Sequence record: FJ483837.1
Length of the DNA: 3,412 nucleotides
From: Escherichia phage BZ13
Strand: one strand, 5' to 3'
Below the pieces are notes generated by a model. The model saw only the letters and a list, made by a program, of their open reading frames with translations. It made no database searches and was not told the origin of the DNA. The position numbers and the translations under genes are program-made. Positions 1-3,412 of this stretch are shown here, one piece after another (positions within the stretch are counted from its first letter, which is position 1; each line of letters begins with the position of its first letter).

Positions 1-82
1 GTTTTGCAAGCGACTCATTTCTGCAGTCTTTTCACCATGCCGTTAGGTTTAGATGACGGTATATCCATATACCGGAGGATCT
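1..82 (+). other. 5' untranslated leader, probably 5'-truncated
   Basis: No convincing ORF before the maturation gene; the frame of the maturation ORF is closed by TAG at 50-52. The window begins GTTTTGC rather than the GGG expected at the 5' end of MS2-like genomes, suggesting missing 5' nucleotides. Confidence 0.5.
57..74 (+). promoter_or_regulatory. Stem-loop next to the maturation-gene ribosome binding site
   Basis: CGGTATA (57-63) is the exact reverse complement of TATACCG (68-74), loop TCCA (64-67). The 3' arm abuts/overlaps the Shine-Dalgarno GGAGG (74-78) upstream of ATG 83. Functional role is inferred by analogy to structure-controlled maturation-gene translation in MS2. Confidence 0.35.
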
Positions 83-1255
83 ATGTTTCCGAAGTCGAAT
101 ATAGACAGAAATTACAAGGTTACACTTATATCTTACGACGAGAAAGGGAAGCTTGTTTCCGACGACTCTTTCGAGCAAGTCGAAAACTATCTCTTTCAAA
201 ATCGTTCGAATACGTATAAACCCGGTTATATCCGTCGTGACTTCCGAAGACCAACGAACTTTTGGAATGGCTTTCGCTATTTCAATCAGCCAGTTGGTAC
301 CTTCACTCGGAAACTCTCTGATGGTGGGAGACAAGTTGCTGATTATGGCATCGTGAACCCTAATAAGTTCACGGGCAACAGCCAGCACTTGGGGGACAAC
401 ATGGTTATTTACCCTGGTCCCTTTTCTATTAATATTGATCACCGAGCTTCTGTCGAAGTCCTCAATAAACTTTCGCAATCAAACCTCAATATTGGGGTTG
501 CAATTGCTGAAGCTAAGATGACTGCTTCATTACTCGCTAAACAATCAATAGCTCTCATCAGAGCCTACACTGCTGCAAAGCGCGGTAAATGGCGAGAGGT
601 GCTTTCTCAGCTCCTCATCTCCGAACACCGTTTCAGAGCTCCTGTTAAGGATCTCGGAGGTCGATGGCTCGAACTGCAGTACGGTTGGTTACCTCTTATG
701 AGCGATATGAAAGCTGCATATGATTTGCTTACGCAAACCAAACTGCCTGCTTTCATGCCCTTGAGGGTTACCCGTACCGTTGGCGGAACGCACAATTATA
801 AAGTGCGCAACGTCGAATCTGCAGGGGATACTTGGTCCTATAGCGATCGTTTGTCGGTGAATTACCGAATATGGTATTTCATTTCCGATCCACGGCTCGC
901 ATGGGCTAGTTCCCTTGGGCTTCTAAACCCTCTAGAAATCTATTGGGAGAAGACGCCTTGGTCTTTCGTCGTTGACTGGTTCTTACCTGTTGGTAATCTT
1001 ATAGAAGCCATGAGTAATCCTCTTGGCCTCGATATTATTTCCGGCACGAAGACCTGGCAACTCGAATCAAAACTTAATGCGACGCTTACAGCTTCGGGTT
1101 GGTCTGGAACTGCAAAGTTATCTGCATACGCGAAAGCATATGACAGGTCAACTTTCTACTCCTTTCCAACTCCTATGCCTTATGTGAAATCCCCACTTAG
1201 TGGGCTTCACTTAGCGAATGCATTAGCCTTAATCAACCAACGCCTGAAAAGGTAA
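83..1255 (+). CDS. mat: Maturation (A / assembly) protein, 390 aa from ATG 83; in-frame alternative start at ATG 53 (400 aa)
   Basis: Long + strand ORF ending TAA 1253-1255. GGAGG at 74-78 lies 4 nt upstream of ATG 83; ATG 53 has only a weak AGG upstream. The translation contains blocks recalled from the MS2 A protein (e.g. [16 protein letters not shown] vs MS2 [16 protein letters not shown]; [16 protein letters not shown] vs DARLAWLSSLGILNPL; SFVVDW; C-terminal ALALI-QRL). First gene of the canonical levivirus order. Confidence 0.88.
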   Translation: MFPKSNIDRNYKVTLISYDEKGKLVSDDSFEQVENYLFQNRSNTYKPGYIRRDFRRPTNFWNGFRYFNQPVGTFTRKLSDGGRQVADYGIVNPNKFTGNSQHLGDNMVIYPGPFSINIDHRASVEVLNKLSQSNLNIGVAIAEAKMTASLLAKQSIALIRAYTAAKRGKWREVLSQLLISEHRFRAPVKDLGGRWLELQYGWLPLMSDMKAAYDLLTQTKLPAFMPLRVTRTVGGTHNYKVRNVESAGDTWSYSDRLSVNYRIWYFISDPRLAWASSLGLLNPLEIYWEKTPWSFVVDWFLPVGNLIEAMSNPLGLDIISGTKTWQLESKLNATLTASGWSGTAKLSAYAKAYDRSTFYSFPTPMPYVKSPLSGLHLANALALINQRLKR

Positions 1256-1271
1256 TAATGGAGTTAGCCAT

Positions 1272-1664
1272 ATGGCAACTTTACGCAGTTTCGTACTCGT
1301 CGATAATGGCGGTACGGGGAATGTTACTGTCGTTCCTGTTAGCAATGCCAACGGCGTCGCTGAGTGGCTTTCTAATAACTCGCGCAGTCAAGCTTATCGC
1401 GTGACTGCCAGTTATCGTGCGTCAGGCGCGGACAAGCGCAAGTACACCATCAAACTTGAAGTACCGAAAATCGTTACTCAAGTTGTTAACGGTGTCGAGC
1501 TGCCTGTTTCCGCATGGAAGGCTTATGCCTCTATTGACCTGACCATCCCGATCTTTGCTGCAACTGACGATGTGACTGTTATTTCCAAGTCACTCGCTGG
1601 TCTGTTCAAAGTTGGGAACCCTATCGCTGAAGCTATCTCTTCGCAGAGCGGCTTCTACGCGTAA
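1272..1664 (+). CDS. cp: Coat (capsid) protein, 130 aa including initiator Met
   Basis: ORF 1272-1664 with GGAG (1260-1263) 8 nt upstream of the ATG. The translation (MATLRSFVLVDNGGTGNVTVVPVSNANGVAEWLSNNSRSQAYRVT...IPIFAATDD...GNPIAEAISSQSGFYA) is plainly homologous to the MS2 coat (ASNFTQFVLVDNGGTGDVTVAPSNFANGVAEWISSNSRSQAYKVT...) and, from memory, nearly identical to the group II phage GA coat. Mature length of 129 aa matches MS2/GA coats. Confidence 0.95.
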   Translation: MATLRSFVLVDNGGTGNVTVVPVSNANGVAEWLSNNSRSQAYRVTASYRASGADKRKYTIKLEVPKIVTQVVNGVELPVSAWKAYASIDLTIPIFAATDDVTVISKSLAGLFKVGNPIAEAISSQSGFYA

Positions 1665-1855
1665 TGGGTCTGAAAGCAAAACATAAGGAAAACCTATGTT
1701 CCGATTCACAGAGATCGAAAAGACTCTATGTATGGATCGCACTCGCGATTGTGCTGTCCGATTTCACGTCTATCTTCAGTCATTGGATATGGGGTCTTCT
1801 GATCCTCATTCTCCAGACTTTGATGGACTTGCCTACCTTCGTGATGAGTGTTTAA
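1664..1855 (+). CDS. lys: Lysis protein (MS2 L-like single-gene lysis protein), 63 aa, +1 frame overlapping coat stop and replicase 5' region
   Basis: ATG 1664-1666 shares its A with the coat stop codon TAA 1662-1664 (UAAUG). Basic N-terminus (KAKHK...RSKR) is followed by a hydrophobic segment LYVWIALAIVLSDFTS that closely matches the MS2 L segment LYVLIFLAIFLSKFTN, including the conserved Leu-Ser dipeptide (codons at 1754-1759). Position between coat and replicase in a different frame is canonical for MS2-like phages. Confidence 0.8.
   Translation: MGLKAKHKENLCSDSQRSKRLYVWIALAIVLSDFTSIFSHWIWGLLILILQTLMDLPTFVMSV
1681..1699 (+). promoter_or_regulatory. Translational operator hairpin (coat-protein binding site) containing the replicase start codon
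   Basis: ACAUAAGGAAAACCUAUGU: stem 1681-1685 paired with 1695-1699, unpaired A at 1686, G1687-C1694 and G1688-C1693, loop AAAA 1689-1692. The replicase AUG (1696-1698) is in the 3' arm. Same architecture as the MS2 operator ACAUGAGGAUUACCCAUGU (7 bp stem, bulged A, 4-nt loop), with A rather than U at loop position -5. Confidence 0.8.
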
Positions 1856-3294
1856 CTAAACATCCTTCACTAGGAAACAGTAATTCGGATGCACGCCGTA
1901 AGGAATTGGCATATGCCAAACTTATGGATAGTGATCAAAGATGCAAAATCCAAAACAGTAACGGATACGACTACTCTCACATCGAAAGTAGCGTACTGAG
2001 TGGTATACTCAAGACTGCTCAGGCCCTTGTGGCGAACTTGCTTACGGGTTTTGAATCTCACTTCCTGAACGATTGTTCATTCTCCAATGGAGCCTCACAA
2101 GGGTTCAAGTTGCGGGATGCAGCGCCGTTTAAGAAGATCGCTGGGCAAGCAACCGTTACAGCTCCTGCTTATAACATTGCCGTGGCCGCCGTTAAAACGT
2201 GCGCGCCGTGGTATGCTTATATGCAGGAAACGTATGGCGATGAAACCAGATGGTTTCGTCGGGTATACGGCAACGGTTTGTTTTCTGTTCCGAAGAACAA
2301 TAAAATAGATCGGGCTGCCTGTAAGGAGCCTGATATGAATATGTACCTTCAGAAGGGGGCGGGATCTTTTATAAGAAAACGCCTTCGCTCCGTCGGTATA
2401 GATCTTAACGATCAAACGTGCAATCAGGAATTAGCCCGACTTGGCAGCATTGATGGTTCACTCGCTACTATTGATCTTAGTAGCGCTAGTGATTCTGTCT
2501 CTGACCGCCTTGTCTGGGATTTACTTCCGCCACACGTTTATTCATACCTCGCTCGCATCCGTTCATCGTTCACTATGATCGATGGTCGGTTGCACAAGTG
2601 GGGCCTGTTTTCTACTATGGGAAACGGCTTTACATTCGAACTCGAGTCCATGATTTTCTGGGCTTTGAGTAAGAGTGTTATGCTGTCCATGGGTGTTACT
2701 GGCTCATTAGGCATCTACGGTGATGATATAATCGTCCCCGTTGAGTGTGCCCCAACTCTCCTTAAGGTACTATCCGCTGTGAACTTTCTTCCTAATAAGA
2801 AGAAGACGTTCACTACGGGTTACTTTCGTGAAAGTTGTGGTGCTCACTTCTTTAAAGGTGCCGACATGAAACCTTTTTACTGCAAGCGGCCAATGGAAAC
2901 CCTTCCCGATGTCATGTTGCTATGCAACAGGATAAGGGGTTGGCAGACCGTTGGTGGAATGTCAGATCCGCGGCTCTTTCCTATTTGGAAGGAGTTTGCT
3001 GATATGATTCCGCCGAAGTTTAAGGGTGGATGCAACCTGGATCGCGATACTTACCTCGTTTCACCGGATAAACCTGGTGTCACATTGGTTCGAGTCGCTA
3101 AGGTACGTTCTGGTTTTAACCATTCGTTCCCGTACGGCCATGAAAATGGTCGCTACGTCCACTGGTTGCATATGGGATCGGGAGAAGTTCTCGAGACCAT
3201 ATCCTCCGCCAGGTTTAGGTGCAAACCTAACTCGGAATGGAGAACACAGATCCCTCTATTTCCTCAGGAATTAGAGGCCTGCGTTCTCTCCTGA
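1696..3294 (+). CDS. rep: RNA-dependent RNA replicase, beta subunit (532 aa)
   Basis: Long + strand ORF ending TGA 3292-3294. Catalytic YGDD motif at nt 2716-2727 within GIYGDDIIVP; AAGGA (1685-1689) lies 6 nt upstream of the ATG. Last and largest gene of the levivirus order, with length close to the MS2 replicase. Confidence 0.95.
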   Translation: MFRFTEIEKTLCMDRTRDCAVRFHVYLQSLDMGSSDPHSPDFDGLAYLRDECLTKHPSLGNSNSDARRKELAYAKLMDSDQRCKIQNSNGYDYSHIESSVLSGILKTAQALVANLLTGFESHFLNDCSFSNGASQGFKLRDAAPFKKIAGQATVTAPAYNIAVAAVKTCAPWYAYMQETYGDETRWFRRVYGNGLFSVPKNNKIDRAACKEPDMNMYLQKGAGSFIRKRLRSVGIDLNDQTCNQELARLGSIDGSLATIDLSSASDSVSDRLVWDLLPPHVYSYLARIRSSFTMIDGRLHKWGLFSTMGNGFTFELESMIFWALSKSVMLSMGVTGSLGIYGDDIIVPVECAPTLLKVLSAVNFLPNKKKTFTTGYFRESCGAHFFKGADMKPFYCKRPMETLPDVMLLCNRIRGWQTVGGMSDPRLFPIWKEFADMIPPKFKGGCNLDRDTYLVSPDKPGVTLVRVAKVRSGFNHSFPYGHENGRYVHWLHMGSGEVLETISSARFRCKPNSEWRTQIPLFPQELEACVLS

Positions 3295-3343
3295 TAGTAT
3301 CAGGACCTCCCCGGATGGGGTGGGTGTGACCGAAAGGCCACTA

Positions 3344-3360
3344 TGGGGGTGAATCCCCCA
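3344..3360 (+). other. 3' UTR hairpin (6 bp G/C-rich stem, UGAAU loop)
   Basis: UGGGGG (3344-3349) pairs with CCCCCA (3355-3360), loop 3350-3354; exact complementarity read from the sequence. Confidence 0.6.
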
Positions 3361-3375
3361 CCGCCCAAAAGGCGG
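3361..3375 (+). other. 3' UTR hairpin (5 bp stem, CAAAA loop)
   Basis: CCGCC (3361-3365) pairs with GGCGG (3371-3375), loop 3366-3370. Confidence 0.55.
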
Positions 3376-3380
3376 TTTTA

Positions 3381-3407
3381 GGTGACTAGTTTGCTTGGCT
3401 AGTCACC
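3381..3407 (+). other. 3'-terminal hairpin preceding the single-stranded ACCCA tail
   Basis: GGTGACTAG (3381-3389) is the exact reverse complement of CTAGTCACC (3399-3407), loop 3390-3398; followed by ACCCA (3408-3412). Analogous to the terminal hairpin of the MS2 3' domain. Confidence 0.65.
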
Positions 3408-3412
3408 ACCCA

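Larger units (their letters stand above)
3295..3412 (+). other. 3' untranslated region ending in the levivirus terminal ...ACCACCCA
   Basis: No ORF after the replicase stop; the window ends CACCACCCA, matching the conserved unpaired 3' end of MS2-like genomes (replicase initiation site, CCA-like terminus). Confidence 0.8.

Noticed and set aside
4-356. Plus-strand ORFs 4-219 (71 aa) and 153-356 (67 aa) overlapping the 5' leader and maturation gene
   Set aside because: Out of frame with the well-supported maturation ORF, with no SD and no recognisable motifs. Leviviruses are not known to encode extra proteins here, and the lysis function is already accounted for at 1664-1855.
32-478. 148-aa ORF on the minus strand
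   Set aside because: Antisense to the maturation gene of a positive-sense ssRNA phage; the minus strand is a replication intermediate and is not translated. No RBS context or recognisable protein features.
607-795. 62-aa minus-strand ORF
   Set aside because: Antisense to the maturation gene; same reasoning. Likely a chance ORF.
1662-1700. Possible Qbeta-style coat readthrough (A1) extension
   Set aside because: The coat gene ends in UAA, not a leaky UGA, and the in-frame sequence downstream does not continue as a long ORF. The architecture is MS2-like, not Qbeta-like.
2087-2308. 73-aa plus-strand ORF embedded in the replicase gene in another frame (basic, with a short hydrophobic stretch)
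   Set aside because: Some distant leviviruses carry lysis genes inside the replicase, so it was considered. Here a clear L-type lysis gene already sits at the canonical coat/replicase junction, and this ORF has no SD and only a weak hydrophobic segment. Treated as a chance overlapping ORF.
1870-2415. Minus-strand ORFs 1870-2061 (63 aa) and 2095-2415 (106 aa)
   Set aside because: Antisense to the replicase gene of an RNA phage; no supporting signals.
3026-3274. 82-aa plus-strand ORF embedded in the 3' part of the replicase gene
   Set aside because: Alternative frame within the replicase, with no RBS and no recognisable features; most likely spurious.
1-3412. CRISPR arrays, tRNA/rRNA genes, transposon ends, integrase or attachment sites
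   Set aside because: No direct-repeat/spacer periodicity, no tRNA-like cloverleaf candidates, no terminal inverted repeats flanking a transposase-like ORF. The whole window is explained by a compact RNA-phage genome.
1-3412. Interpretation as a novel, undescribed biological system
   Set aside because: All four proteins and the key RNA elements match the well-characterised MS2/GA-type levivirus genome plan. Any novelty would be at strain level and needs a database comparison I cannot run.

Overview
The window reads as a near-complete positive-sense ssRNA bacteriophage genome (family Fiersviridae/Leviviridae, MS2-like Emesvirus lineage) given as cDNA. All four genes are on the + strand in the canonical order: maturation (A) protein, coat protein, an overlapping +1-frame lysis gene spanning the coat/replicase junction, and the RNA replicase (RdRp beta subunit, YGDD motif). 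The coat protein is clearly MS2-like and, from memory, closest to group II F-specific coliphages (GA/BZ13 type). The replicase start codon sits in an MS2-style coat-protein operator hairpin, and the 3' end has stacked hairpins ending in ...ACCACCCA, so the window appears to reach the true 3' terminus. The 5' end lacks the GGG start expected of these genomes and is probably truncated by a few tens of nucleotides. This is a well-understood kind of genome, not an undescribed system; the points worth a second look are the operator loop variant, the UAAUG coat-stop/lysis-start overlap, the maturation start ambiguity and the terminal structures. Nothing here was computed or searched; all homology statements rest on reading the translations and recalled MS2/GA sequences.
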